Of a stretch of DNA of 64,000 nt, positions 1 to 13,000 are shown one piece after another. The position numbers were made by a program, and so were the translations under genes. Under the pieces are notes generated by a model, which did no database searches, was not told the origin of the DNA, and saw only the letters and a program-made list of their open reading frames with translations. The stretch comes from Vitrella brassicaformis CCMP3155 (lineage: Eukaryota; Protista; Chromerida), in contig CDMY01000298.1 in assembly GCA_001179505.1 (NCBI GenBank), forward strand, positions 62,001 to 126,000. Direction: 5' to 3'. Each line of letters opens with the position of its first letter. Positions within the stretch are counted from its first letter, which is position 1.

Positions 1-2534
1 TTGGAAGCCGTTCATGGCCTGCACGGCGTTGACGGCGCACTGGACCTGGTCGAAACTCACGAAGCCGAACCCACGATTGCGACCCGTAGCCTTGTCAGTA
101 GCGATACGAGCACTGACACACGGTACAGACACACATCGATGTGGGAGACTGTGGTGTGTGGTGGTTGTGCGTCTCTCCGTTTCAGGTACCTGATGATGCG
201 GCCATACTGGTTGAAGTGGTGCTGCAGGTCAGTCTCGGTCCACTCATTCGGGACCTGCACTCACAGCCGGTGACACAACGTGTATTGTGTACTGTTTGTG
301 TAAGTGACACAAGGAGAGGAAGCGCCTTTGGCATATGGCCGTACATGGAATATGAAGATATTGGCCCCTGCACACGAATCGCACACGAGCCATGTCCATA
401 TGCTGCCCTGACAATCATTTCGCCCATGATGGTGTGTGTTGTGGCGTACCAGGGGGTCCGTGCGATTGGTTTCCAGCCGACGCCATGCCCCCCATCCCAG
501 CCCCCATGCCACCAGCCATCTGCCCCCAACACATGATACGGACACCCACATCGCATCAGATGTGGTTGTGTAGGTGAAGGTGCATCCATCCGAGTGTGTG
601 TGCGTCCTAACCGGAGGCTCAGGTCTGTCCATCTCGGGGGGTCGGTCCCACTGTGTGGTGCCCGTGAGGCTGTTGTAGTAGTAGGGCCGGTTGTCGGTCG
701 TGAAGTACTCCGTCCAGTTGCCCTTCTGAGTGGGGCCGGGAGGAGTGCCGCCACCCATGCCGCCACCCATTTGCTGATCATCACCGCAGGCACACACGGT
801 GGGTAACCATCAGTGTGTGTGTGTGTGTCTGTGTGTGTGTGGCGGTGTGGCCTACCGGCTGGTTGTACTGGTCAGTGGGGCTGCCGCCCATCACCTGACC
901 ACCGCCCTGAGCCTTGCGGTTCTCAGCTGACAAACCACCAAACACAGGTCAGATACATGTTATGGCTGGGTCGCTGGCTGCATGTGGGCGGGGAGGGGAG
1001 CGTGTGTCGTGTGCTTACCGAATCTGACTTCGATGGGTTTGTTGTGGCCGGGCATGGTGAACTTTTGGTTGAGGTTGTTGATGGCGTAGAAGGCCTGCTC
1101 CTTGTACGCAAACTTGACAAACGCACAACCTGTATACACACCACACCACACCACACACGTGCAGTGCAGACATGGGTTGGGTGTGTGTGTCGTGTCCCCT
1201 CTCACTCACTCACCTCGCGACTCTTTCCGCTCGTCGCGCATGATGAAGACCTCATCCACCATACCGAAGGGCGCAAACACGTTACGAATGTCATCCTGAT
1301 CAATCAGAACCGACGTCACACGCACATGAGGGTGTGTTTGTGTGTGTGCTGCCTGCCCTGCCCTGCCGTGTGTACCTCCGAGCATGTCTTGGGGAGGCTT
1401 CCCACGAACAGTTTGGCCTGGTCGACGCCCGGCTGACAACTGCCGTCGGTCGGTAAACCTACACACACATACACACAGAGACCAACCGCCACGAGTGAGT
1501 TGGCCCCCCCCCTCCCCCCACACATGCAGTCAGGTGTCTGTCAGGTTTTCGTGCCCCTGTCTGCCGCCAAGTGTATGTGTGTGTGCTGTCTGCCCTGCCC
1601 GGGTCTGTGTGTCTTGTCTTGTCTGGTTGCGTGTGATGTGTAGTGTGTGGTTGAGTGTAGTGTCTGTGTAGTTCAGGTTGCTTACCCATACCCAATCGTT
1701 CGTTCTCCCCCGTAGCGTACTTGACAGTCAACGGACCCATCGACTGTCATGACACCAACACACACACACGCACGAGTGCCAGTGATATACACTGTCGCGT
1801 GTTGTGCATTACGCACCTGGTCGAGCACTTTGGTGTTGTTGAGGGCCCGGATAGCCGCGTCGGCCTTGGTGAGTGACGTCATGCGGATAAACGCACACCC
1901 TGCAATGCCACACAACACACCAAACACGACACGACACACAACACAGATGCACTCCCCGTGTCTCTCACTCGGTCACTGGCACGTCTATGAGCTGATCTAT
2001 CTCATTTCAGCTGATCTCCCTCCCTCCCTCTCTCCCTCACTCCCTCACCCTTGTGCGTGTGTGATTCGCGGTCGCGAATGATGGCGCAGTCGGTGACGGG
2101 ACCGAACTCCTCGAAGATTGGCTTGAGGGTGTTCTCGTCGTATGTGCGCGGCACACGCCCCACGAACAGCTTGACCTCGACGGGCGGGATCTGCCCAGGC
2201 CCGCCGCCCATCTGCTGTGGCTGTTGCTGTTGCTGAGGCTGCATGCCACCAACACCCCCTCCCCCGACACCGACCTGCTGTTGCTGCTGCTGGGGAGCCA
2301 TCTGCGCCTGTGCCTGCTGCATAGCGGCCATCTGGCTCTGTGCTTGCTGCGTGGCCTGCTGCGAGTAGACGGCCTCAGGCGGCTGGCCGTTGGGCATCAT
2401 CGAGGCCTGAGGCTGCCCGTAGGGGTGACCAGAAGGATTCAACTCTGACCGCACCACACACACAGGGCCACAGAGGGATGGGGAGGGGCGGGAGACATGC
2501 GATTGGGCGTCTGCTTACCACCGTCGAGTGACAT
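1..2534 (-). CDS. CELF/Bruno-like RNA-binding protein, RRM1-RRM2-WW-RRM3, multi-exon, 3' end beyond window start
   Basis: Spliced by eye: ATG at 2534 (MSLDG|E, donor GTAAGC 2518, acceptor 2445) then Q/G-rich leader; RRM1 KLFVGRVPRTYDE...KG|CAFIRM; RRM2 AKLFVGSLPK...SRG|CAFVKFAYKEQAFYAI; WW GNWTEYFTTDNRPYYYNSLTGTTQWDRP (~625-725); RRM3 GANIFIFH|VPNEWTETDL...RGFGFVSF...AVQAMNGFQ at position 1. RRM3 ANxFIFHxP and RRM1/2 GCAFV motifs are typical of CELF proteins. Confidence 0.9.
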
Positions 2535-2645
2535 AACAACCCAGGTTCACTCACGAACAGCGACGAATCAACACACCAGCTACGCCACCACAACCATCCA
2601 CATGCACAAAAGGAGAGGAAAGCAAACAAACCCACACTCACAGCT

Positions 2646-2681
2646 AAGCTCGCAGACCCTCGCTGCTAGCTCAAGCTCGCA
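2646..2681 (-). promoter_or_regulatory. Two copies of the candidate promoter motif TGCGAGCTT (AAGCTCGCA on +) in the CELF/F-box-like divergent interval
   Basis: AAGCTCGCA at 2646-2654 and 2673-2681. Confidence 0.5.
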
Positions 2682-2783
2682 AATGAGGCAAGCCCCCACA
2701 TCTCGCTGCATTCCGCGGCCGCAAAGCTATTCGCTCTCCGCGTGAATCACTAGCTCCTCCGAGATCCGCTTTTTTCTTGTGCG

Positions 2784-5700
2784 GTGATGGCCGCAGCCGC
2801 AGCAGCCGCATCTGCCTCGACTGATGCATCGCCAAGGACAGGGCTGCTGGCGCAAGTATGGTGCAGCCTGTCAGATGAATGCCTGCTGAGCGTCCTCGGC
2901 TTCGCAGCATGGCCCGAGCTCTCGGCGATGCGACAAGTCAACCATCACGCCAGGAAGCTGGCAATCAAGATGGGCGAGCCGGAGCCGATGGAGTGGCGGT
3001 CATGCCTGTCGCAGACCAACGACGCAGACGGTGAGCGGGGCGGGAGGGAGGTCGGGNNNNNNNNNNNNNNNNNNNNNNNNNNNNNNNNNNNNNNNNNNNN
3101 NNNNNNNNNNNNNNNNNNNNNNNNNNNNNNNNNNNNNNNNNNNNNNNNNNNNNNNNNNNNNNNNNNNNNNNNNNNNNNNNNNNNNNNNNNNNNNNNNNNN
3201 NNNNNNNNNNNNNNNNNNNNNNNNNNNNNNNNNNNNNNNNNNNNNNNNNNNNNNNNNNNNNNNNNNNNNNNNNNNNNNNNNNNNNNNNNNNNNNNNNNNN
3301 NNNNNNNNNNNNNNNNNNNNNNNNNNNNNNNNNNNNNNNNNNNNNNNNNNNNNNNNAGGTGCAGTGCAGTGCAGTGGATGGAAGAAGCTCTTTCAGCCGG
3401 GGCATTGGTCGGGAGTGTTGACAAATGGCTGTATGGGGGAGCGATAGAGAGAGAGGCGGTCAGGCAGATCAGGCAGATCAGGCAGATCCATTCGAGGCTG
3501 GCTGGTGTACTGGAGGTCTCGCTGCATCAGCCCACCCTTGCCCTTGCCGCCACAATGGACGTCTCGCGTTTGTTTCTGTGTGTGTGCTGCAGGTGTTGCG
3601 TCTGAGGTGGCTCCATTCTTGCTCTCCCGGTGGCGGCCCACATCTGCCCTCATCGTGTGCAAACAGAGGAGAGGAAACGACCTACAGGGTGAGCAGAAAG
3701 GTGGGGCGCCAGGCTGTTCACATCGAGCACACTTGTGCATCTGCTGACTTGTCAGAGTTTGGCAAGAACCTCGCAGAGGCGCTGATGGCAATGGAGTTGA
3801 TTCCTCGTGGCACTTTCGTCGGGATCGCGACAGCCCATGGCATCATCGGCAGATTGCCAGGTGGGCGGGGCGGGGCGGGCAGCAGCACCACCACACATGC
3901 CAAGCGTCCGTCTGCCACGAGCACATGTATTTGCGAATCGTCGTCGTGTGTCAGATTCGGACCGCACATGTGTGGAGATGGATCAGCGAGCGAGGCCACC
4001 GCGTCCTGACCCCGGCACGCTCATCGTCACCTTCGCAGATGCAACTGGGTAGCCCAACGACAGCAGACATTATTCGGAGCATGGCCGATGGATCTCTTTG
4101 TGTGCCAAAAACTTGTGTGTCAGTCGTTTGGTCGATGAAGCAACCTTTCGGCAGGCACCGGATGAGTCGGACCTCCCGCTCGACCAGCGAGTGGGCTGCC
4201 TCACAGTGATGGAACTAAACCCTCAACAGGTAAGCTGAAGCTGACCAACGCCCGAGTCAACACGTCACCCCAGCCACCCTCCCTCTCTGATTGCTGTTGT
4301 TGTGTGTGCTGCAGGACAACCCAGTCGGGACGTTTGGTGGTTTAGTAGACGACGCGGGCATCTACGACCACACCACGCAGGCCGTCGTCACCGGCGGCGA
4401 CTTCGACTTGATCCTCTACGAGTGGTGGCGCACACCAGCCGCCCTCCGCACAGCGCAACACATCCTGGCGCAGCAGGAGGCCCTCAGGCGCCAGAAGCAG
4501 AAGGATGGCGACGCAGAGGCAGCACAGACCAAGGGTCTGCGACGGTCGCCGCGCAACCACGGCAACAAGAGCTCAGGCCAAGGTGAGTGTGTGTGTGAGT
4601 GCGTGTAACACAGCGCTTGTGATGTGGCTGTGTGACGTATGCAGCGGATGGGGGCAGCGGCGGCTCCCAGCTCGTCGATGAGTACGACCCGTGGCACTAT
4701 GCGAGGAGGGAGCCGGACGACAGACCGGCGACTCTTCACCGGCGAGCGGCACTCGAGCAGTGGCGGTCAGAGAGGAAGAAGGGCCACACAGACGAGCCTG
4801 CCCCTGTGCTGCCCTCCCTTACGCTCAACGGACCCACCCCTCCAGGGTCCCTCTGCACACTGACCATCCAGAACAGCGACATCAGATCACAGGTAGGTAG
4901 TGCGACAGACAGACAGACAGACAGATGGACGAGCTACTGTCTGTCGGTTTACTCATCACGTGTGTGTGTGCAGCACCGTCGAGAGACCGAGGATCAGATG
5001 AAGGAGGTGGTGAGGGCTCAGGAGGCCATCGCCGCATCGGCAAAGGAGCCCACCGACGAGCAGCCCGATCCATCGTCTTCAGCAGCAGCAGCTGCTGCTG
5101 GTGCTGGTGCCGCTGCACATCCCTCCAGCAGTGCCGATGGTGCCGGTCGCAGTGTGCCGCCTCCGCGGCCGAAGGGTGCGTTTCTCTGTGCATGCAACGC
5201 CAGAGGTGAGAAGAGAGGGCGGTGGTGCATGGTGCGACGGGAAGGAAGCTTGTGTGCGTGGGGTAAGTGAGGTGTTGATCGATCCTTGTGTGAATGCAGG
5301 CACCGGTTGGTACGGGCCCCGCACCTCCAATGTGGAGGCGCTGATGGCCGTTGACATTTTCGGCAAAGTCGGGAAGAAGTTCCAAGTGGCCGGCTTCTTC
5401 TGCAATGGTAACCAAGTCACAGTCACAGCACCACACACATTTGTGCCGTGTTCGTTCGCCTTTGTGCTGTGCAGGCGAGCTGGGCCCTCAGCGACCCGGC
5501 GGCGACTCAGACGAGGACGATGTCGACAGCGAAGGCTCAGACGAGTCAGACCTCCACCCGCTGGCTCCTGTTCCGCTGCCATCGGGAGAGGTGTCCGAGA
5601 GGGTCAAGTCCCTCATCGCCCAGGTCAAGGGGGAGGCGGCCCACCTCTCACAGGAGGAGCTCAAGGAGGATCCGGACGGAGAGACGGCCCAGCGTGACGA

Positions 5701-6133
5701 CAAAGACAAGGAGGAGATGCCTGAAGCGGCACCAGCAGCAGCAGCAGCAGCTGCGGCTGCCGCTGCTGCTGTCGATTGCGGTGGGGGTGGTGCTGATGTC
5801 GACATGGCCGACGACGATCCAGCAGTGGTCGACGAGGAGAACAAAAAAGAGAAGAACAGCGAGGACGCGGCCATGGAGGAGGAGAGCATCTTCGACGGCT
5901 ATGTCGGCGTCAACGAGACCCTCACCCTGCCATCCACCCTCCGAGCAGCCAGCAGGGTGAGCACACACAAGCTGAATAAAACCCTGTGCACCATCGATGA
6001 GTGGTTCTTTGTGTGTTGTGTGTGGTCATGTGACCACTGTGACGTCAGCGACCTTCCCGGCCTTTCGGCTTCACGACCATCCTGGCGGTCTTGTCGAGCG
6101 TCCCCCCGCACCCCGAGCTGTCGCAGTACATGA
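2784..6133 (+). CDS. Multi-exon hypothetical protein with F-box-like N-terminus and acidic low-complexity C-terminus (spans an assembly gap)
   Basis: N-terminal VWCSLSDECLLSVLGFAAWPELSAMRQVNHHARKL resembles an F-box; a run of + strand exon-like blocks with GT/AG ends (~3593, 4315-4582, 4645-4893, 4973-5205, 5300-5407, 5475-5956). Exon chain and end not fully resolved. Confidence 0.5.
3057..3356. other. Assembly gap (300 N)
   Basis: Run of N seen directly. Confidence 1.
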
Positions 6134-7913
6134 GTGGATGAGATGATAGCAAACAGCGAGCCGCGTCAGGAAGGGTCTTTTCGCACTTGAATCACCCTTG
6201 GCGACTTTTCCTTCCCCTGGGTGGGCATGTTCGTGCGCGGCTCGTGACGGTGTCGTCGTCGGTCCTTCGACGCCCTCACTCGTTGTTTGGTATGAGCATG
6301 ACGACCCAAGGGAAGGACCCGCAAGGGACAGAAACGGTGCACACACGCATCTTGTTGTGGTACTGCGATGCATGAGTGGATAAGCGCGACTGGAGGGGGT
6401 GGCCAGGGTGGCTGGCTGGCCACCAAGAAGTGTGTCGCTGGCAGCTAAGTCAGTGTGAGTGGATAACAGCAGTGGCATCCGTTGCGTAAGGCAGGCGGAG
6501 TTGGCTTTTTTTGCCTCGTCTGACTAACTTGATTGACCGTCGGCAGTACTGTCTTTGACAATTGCGTGCCTCATCAAGTACCGACCGTCTTCGTTGGTTG
6601 ACCTTGACTGTCTCTTGCTCTCGGGGTGATTCTTGGGCTTGTCGTGATGTTGGTGCGTCATGCCTGGACTGCGCACGACCCACCATCCTGAGGGAAAGGG
6701 ACAGAATCGCCCCAGGGCAGAGGTGCGTTCGATGGGCGGGTGAGGTGCACCACATCGCTGCCCGCCACGTGGTGGATCCTTTCGATGGTGAGTGTATTGG
6801 ATGGAGGTATGTGCGTAACTGACAACTGCCTGCGTCGCTTGGACCGGTCTCTGTCCACCCATCACACACACCGACAGACACCGACGCATCGCATGCATCA
6901 GATACACTCAGTCTTGTCTCCCTCGGTGTCTCTCTCTGTCACTCACTCCCCTCCCGCGCCCCTGGTTCTCATCCACCATCCATCTCTGCAGCGAATCATC
7001 ACAATTGAAGACATCTCCAGTGACACGCACAACAATCCTGTCCGATTGGCCTTTGCCCCCCTGGCTGGGGTTTGTGTGTGTCACTGAGCAGTCCATAAAC
7101 AGAGGACGACGACACGAACGCTCAGACGGCCACGTCAACAGACAGCGGGTTCTTTTCATTGACGAGTGAGTGGGGCTGTGCGGCGGCATCTCTGTGCGTG
7201 GCGGGAGGGGCCGGGCGTCTCAGTCGGCCCATTTGTGTGTGTGAGCAATTGACTAGGTGAGCTCAGTCGGTCACTTGAAGCTTTGGCTGGGGGGCTCTCT
7301 CGGTCTGCACAATGACTTCACTCGATGCCTGCAGGTCCGCCACCCGCGGCACACACATAGACAGACACGGTCCACCACACAATCACTGAGCATGGCCAGT
7401 GAGTCAGCCAGGCAGCCACACGCAGTCGCACATCGGCCGGAGCAGCACATCAAAATCGGCCAGCAGGCAGGCAGCCGGCTATGAGGACGGGCGGATATCT
7501 CCTCATGGGAGAGCTGCCTGCCTGCCTGCTGGAGGGAGAGCCCCACAGAGAAGATGGACGCACGGGCAAAAAGGCCAAGCCATAGACCGACAGAACTGAC
7601 GCACCCATCAGAGGCACGCCAGCGAGCCATACAGCCATCTGGTCACACACACACACAGCCATTCGGTCACTCATCGGCCACTCTGTCTGTCTGTCTACAG
7701 AGTGAGAGGTATGCGATGTCTCTTGAGCACACACAGGTCGGCTACAGACATGACGACAGCCGGCTTCCGCTCTCCTCCTCAGCTACGCCACCCTCACCTG
7801 TCGAATGCACAGGAGACACACACACGGGTCATGCAGGCCAGCTGGAGGACCTCTTTGATATGTGGGACTGTGTACATCCGCCGCCCTCATCCACATCGTC
7901 ACTCTCATCACCA

Positions 7914-7978
7914 TCACTGTCGGAATCTGCAGACCACACACAGAGAGAGAATGCACGTCATCCATCCATCCATCCATC

Positions 7979-8012
<34 letters not shown>

Positions 8013-9351
8013 ACTACCGTCGCTATCGTCATCCTGCTGCTGCTGCTGTTGTACTTGTCCGTCGAAGACGTATGGCGCCACCGCCCCCAACGCCACACGA
8101 GCCAGCTGAGTGGTCATCGGGAAGCGGTGCTTGAAGGCGCCACTCCCACACACAGCCGTCTCAGTCGTCTCAACATACACACTCACTGCAGGCAATCAGA
8201 AAGAGACCACATGATACCTGGCCGTTAACAATCCCTCCCTCTCTGTCACACTGACCGGGATCGTTTTCTGCTCCAGCAATGTCAACCCATGCGACGAAGT
8301 TGTGGCTGCTGTTGGTCAGCACCAGAAATCGGATACCGCTGTATGAGCTCACTGTGGTCGTGCAGCCGGCCACTGGTGTGTGGGGCGACTCGGTCAGCAG
8401 GGCATCCAAACGGCCGCCACCAACATACCTGAACCAACCACACACACAGTCAACGGCGGACCCCTCTTGCCTCTAGCGCCATCGGCGTTGTCACCTGTCG
8501 AGTTCTATATATGTGTAATTGATCTGTTGAGTCTTCTCGAAGACGTCGATGATCTTCTGCTTGGCAAACGACGACACTGACACATGAAGGGTGAACTGGA
8601 AACCGTGCGGCTCCCAGCCGCCGTCGTCCTCGTAGTAGTAGATGCTCTCACGCACCGGTGGATCGTGTGGCTGCCGGTGCTCCTGATACAGATGGCCGGC
8701 AGGGAGGGGCGGGTCGACCTCCAGCTCGAAGCCGGGCTCGTCGGTGATGGCTCGCACCTCACCGTTGCCGTGGTGGAACAGCTGCAGGCAAGTGCCGTCA
8801 ATGAAGTGGACGTGGCGGCCGACCATTTTGAGCTGCGCCAACATACGGGGAACCGACACATACGCCTACACACAGGACCACAGACACCACACACAGAGGG
8901 AATGAGGCCCTCTCCCTCCCCTCCCCGCCCCGTCTGTTTGCTGGTTCACCGTTTTGTTTGTGTGTGTGTTGATGTCATCTGCCGTGAGGATGACAGGCAG
9001 GTCACAGCAGCCGCACTGCGCCGCCAGCTCAATCACCTCACACATCTCGCCCCAGCCCCCCTCCTCCACCACACATACAGCCGCCAGCAGATGATGTGTG
9101 CCGAACTGATCGTCGTCGAAGCGCAGCAGCTGCACTTGCTACCCATTCACCGCCCGCCGCAGCCCCGTCTGTGAGCCCAGCGAGTGGCGGAGCCGATCTC
9201 TCAGCTGGGCCGCTCCGAAGAGGTTCCTGAGCCACGTGCAGGTGGCCCTCAGCCGCAGGATGTCCTTGATGCTGCTGAAGAGGTAGTAGGTGCGGCGGCC
9301 GACGAAGATATACGAGAAGGGGTGCTGCTGCTGATGCTGCGGTTGCTGCAT
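7914..9351 (-). pseudogene. Member of a lineage-specific expanded hypothetical family (MQQ..HPFSYIFVGRRTYYLF...), interrupted by an in-frame TAG
   Basis: Frame MQQPQHQQQHPFSYIFVGRRTYYLF...GLRRAVNG-TAG(9141-9139)-QVQLLRFDDDQF continues in the same frame; later exons VPRMLAQLKMVGRHVHF..., YVGGGRLDALLTESPHTP... look coding. The simplest GT-AG join after NKT also gives a phase mismatch. 3' end uncertain. Confidence 0.6.
7961..8010. repeat. Compound microsatellite (CATC)n(TG)n
   Basis: Seen directly; representative of dozens of similar intronic/intergenic tracts. Confidence 0.9.
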
Positions 9352-10061
9352 TTGTAGCTATGATGTGCTCGACGACAGCCTGCACAGAGCGGCAGAGCCG
9401 ACAGAGGATCGTGTGCATCAAGCATGCTGCTCATTGATCTGTGTGCTACTCACCTGGTTCGATGCTCAGATGGGCAGATCACCACCGCACCACCATCAGC
9501 AGCCCGCCATCACTCCTCAACGACACGCCTGCATCGATGAGCCGAAGACACAGACAGAGAGAGATGCAGACATAAGAGGACGGCGAACGCATTGAGGCCA
9601 ATGGATTAGTGAGCGCATCAGTCAGTCAGTCAGTCAGTGGCGGCCGCCTCCCTCACCGCAGCACTCGAGAGGATGACTCGAGTGACTTTTCTCGCCCTCT
9701 TGTTGGTTGAGTGCGTCACTCTCTCAACGCACAGCTTTCCGACAAGGCGGAGAAAGACTGCCTCATGGGGTTGAAGGGCATGAAACCCTTTCATGAAACC
9801 CTTTCGCCGCAGTGCGGCGGGTGCTTCTCTTGAAGAATTTTCATGGATAGCGTCCGTGTCTCTGTTGCCCCTCCATCTTGCCGCTAATTAATGAATGCAT
9901 CACAAATACATAGGCGCGTATGTCTGTCAGTACTGTTCAACCACTGGCAGAGTTTGTGTGTGGCCGCCAATGGCTGGTCTCTAGGGACGATTCAACCAAC
10001 CTTGCTGCATGGAGTCTTTCATCTATCTACGAGTGTCTCTCACTACGTCTCTGTCTGTCAC

Positions 10062-13000
10062 TCACTCCCCTCCTCCGCCCCTGGCCCTCGTCCACCCCCT
10101 GGCCCGCCCCCGCCCTCGTGGCGTCGACACACGGCCGCGGTGGCCACGGCCGCCACGGGAGGATGAAGACGAGCCGGATGCCTGACGTGCACAGACAGAT
10201 GGAGGGACGCATGGATCCCCTGTGTTTGGGATGGGAGGGGCTGGTTGTGTGCTCACTGTGTGTGGTGTGGTGGCTATGCCGGGCAGTGTGTTGTAGCGCT
10301 GCAAGGCGGCCTGCAGGTCGGAGGCCAGGTGGGGCGGGACGGGCTCGTGGGCATCGACCATCTCGCTAACCACCTGCAGAATGAAATGAACCGAGGAAAA
10401 CACGACACGACAGACACAGACACACACACAGACACATCATTCGACGCCATCCACTTGTTTCGCTGACAGACCTGTTGTGCGAGTCTGAGCAGCTCTCCTC
10501 CGCGAGTGGTGCGTGCGGGTCCAAACTCGTAGCTCCACTCGTAGTGGTGGCTGAAGTCGCGCCTCGCGTCGCCACTCTCAGCCCACACCCGACGAACCAC
10601 ACCCCGACGCACCGCCGGCTGCGTCACGGAGACACACACATCCCACACATATATAGGTGCCTCCATTGTCCTCTCTCATCCGCCGCCCACCTAACCTACC
10701 TACCTCGCACTGCAGTAGTTGCACGAGAGCTGTGTCCCACCCCCTCTGCAGAGTGGGCCAGAAGTATGTCTCCCTGCTGCTGAGGGCATCCCGCAGCGAC
10801 CGCTCCAGGGTCGCCCGGAACTGAGCGTCCTCTTCACTGACCTCACTCCCCTCCTCAGGCGGCGCACAACTCTGCACCCACACAGGCAACATGGGACGGA
10901 TGGATGGATGGCCATGAAAGAAGGCCGCATGTGGTGGTGTGTAGTTTTCTTTTATCACTTACCGTGAGTGCGATGGCCACGAGGTGGACGCCGTAGGGGA
11001 AGAGCACCCCGTGACGCAGCAGCGAGGACAACTCGCAGTTGAACAGACGACGCACCAGCTGCACACACACGCGTTAAGTATAATGACAGGCAGCATACAC
11101 ACCACACACCGCCCCACATCCAGATGAGTCTCTCTTCTCACCCACCCACCCACCCACCCACCGACCCGTCGTGAGTCGGCGTCGAGGGTGAGCCGTTGGG
11201 TGAGCCGTTTGTCATTGTCGTGGTTGCCGTGGCTGCTGCCCTCGTGTGTGGTGCCGCTGCTGTGGCTGTGGAGTGGGTGTCTGCCGTCGGCGGCCAAGAA
11301 GTTGGAGATCGTCCGGACGGACGTGGGCAGGAACCGCTCGGACACCCAGGCAGACCGGCGGGCGGGGTCCTCCAAATGCGACTCACGCACCACCTGCTCC
11401 GACCAATCACACACACACACACACAGACACAGACACGCACATGTCACGTGTGTCTCGGGGCGGGGGCGGGAGCGGGGGCGGGATGTGTGTGTGTCTCAAG
11501 GATGAGGGGGGTTTGGTGTACCATGAGCAGCCGTGTGAAGATGCTCCTGAAGAACTCCGGGGGTGCGCGGAAGTCGTCTTTGCCATGACAGTAGAGGACC
11601 GTGTCGATCCAATACGAGCCCGCCTTACACTGCACACGCACACACACACGCACCACACACATGGACAGGGAGCATCTCACAACGCAGAAGACATGACATG
11701 GCCGGCAGTGTGTGTGGCACACACACACTTACGGCGCAGATCCGTGCGATTGTGTCGTCTCCGTGGGCCAGCAGCTTGCCGATGAGGTCCTGCCTGTCGT
11801 GCGGGGTCATCCTTTCTGTAGGGGGGGTGACACACAACACCAGACGAGCGAGACCACACACCATGTGAAGGGACATGCAGACCAGACACACACATCCAGC
11901 CAGCCATTGTTGGCTCTGTGTGTGAGAGAGAGAGATGGCTGACCGAATGCGTCTTGCATGCAGTATGTGCCGGCCGCATTGCTGCAGATGCTGAAGATCA
12001 TCTCCGCCAACGGCTGACACAACAAGACACACACCCATATCCCCGTCTGCCTTTCTGTCTGTCTGTCTGTCTGTCTGTCTGACCCCATGCACCTCACTCA
12101 CCTGTTGCTGAGAATTGGCGCGCCGCTTCCTCTCCTTTCTGTCTATGCGGGCCGTGAGTCGCGGGCTGAGGAGGGTGTTGCGGATCGTGGCCGGCGAGGT
12201 GAGTCGGCTGCGGAGGACCTCACGCACTAAGTAGTGGAAATGTCGATGACGCTGCATAAACCGACACAGGCACAGCCATACAGAGGGGAGGGAGGCGGCC
12301 ATGTCGAAATGTCTGTCTATGGATTACCGAGAGCATGGCGAACAGGGGTGGGTGCATCACGTGCTGAATGGGACAGAGGCATGGTGGGTCGTCCCATCCA
12401 TCAATTGCGTGTCTGTGTGTGTGTGTGGAGTTGTCCTTGCTCACCTCAATGATTCTCATGCGCAGATCGCGCGCGTCTTGGCGCCTGAGAATATGCTGCA
12501 GGTACCTGCAAGACGCACACACACACACACACACAGTAGGGAGACACAAGGATATATAGGGTGCAGCAGACTCGCTCTACAGTAGCAGGTAAGGTACCGT
12601 GAGGCGCTCTGGTCGTTGAAGAGGGCCATGTCCCGCAGCATCACCACCATACCCTCAAACTGCTCCTCACTGAACCTCCCCTTTATCAACGCATTGAAAT
12701 CCTGCACACACACACAATTGATGGACACATCAGCATGGGGATTGGGCTCAACTGAGTGAGTGAGTGAGTGTGCTTACATCCAGAGTGACATATTCGGCGG
12801 GCGGCAGCAACACCGTCTCCTCCGGCGCCGCACCCACATGGAAGCTCACCCAATCCCCTCCGTGTGGCGTGGATGGCATCGATGCAGATCCGCCATGGCC
12901 AGCAGCCCCCCTACCCATCCCACCACCCCGCGCCCCCCGCCTCCCTCCCGGCCCTGCGGCCGGCGGACTGAGTGTGAGTATGCGCGGGCCGCCTGCCGAC

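Noticed and set aside
6130-7900. Short ORFs and an 8-bp inverted pair (GAGCCGCG 6159 / CGCGGCTC 6236) as a structured ncRNA or small gene
   Set aside because: No SRP, snRNA or snoRNA signature recognised; candidate exons do not join in phase; short GC-rich complementarity is expected by chance.
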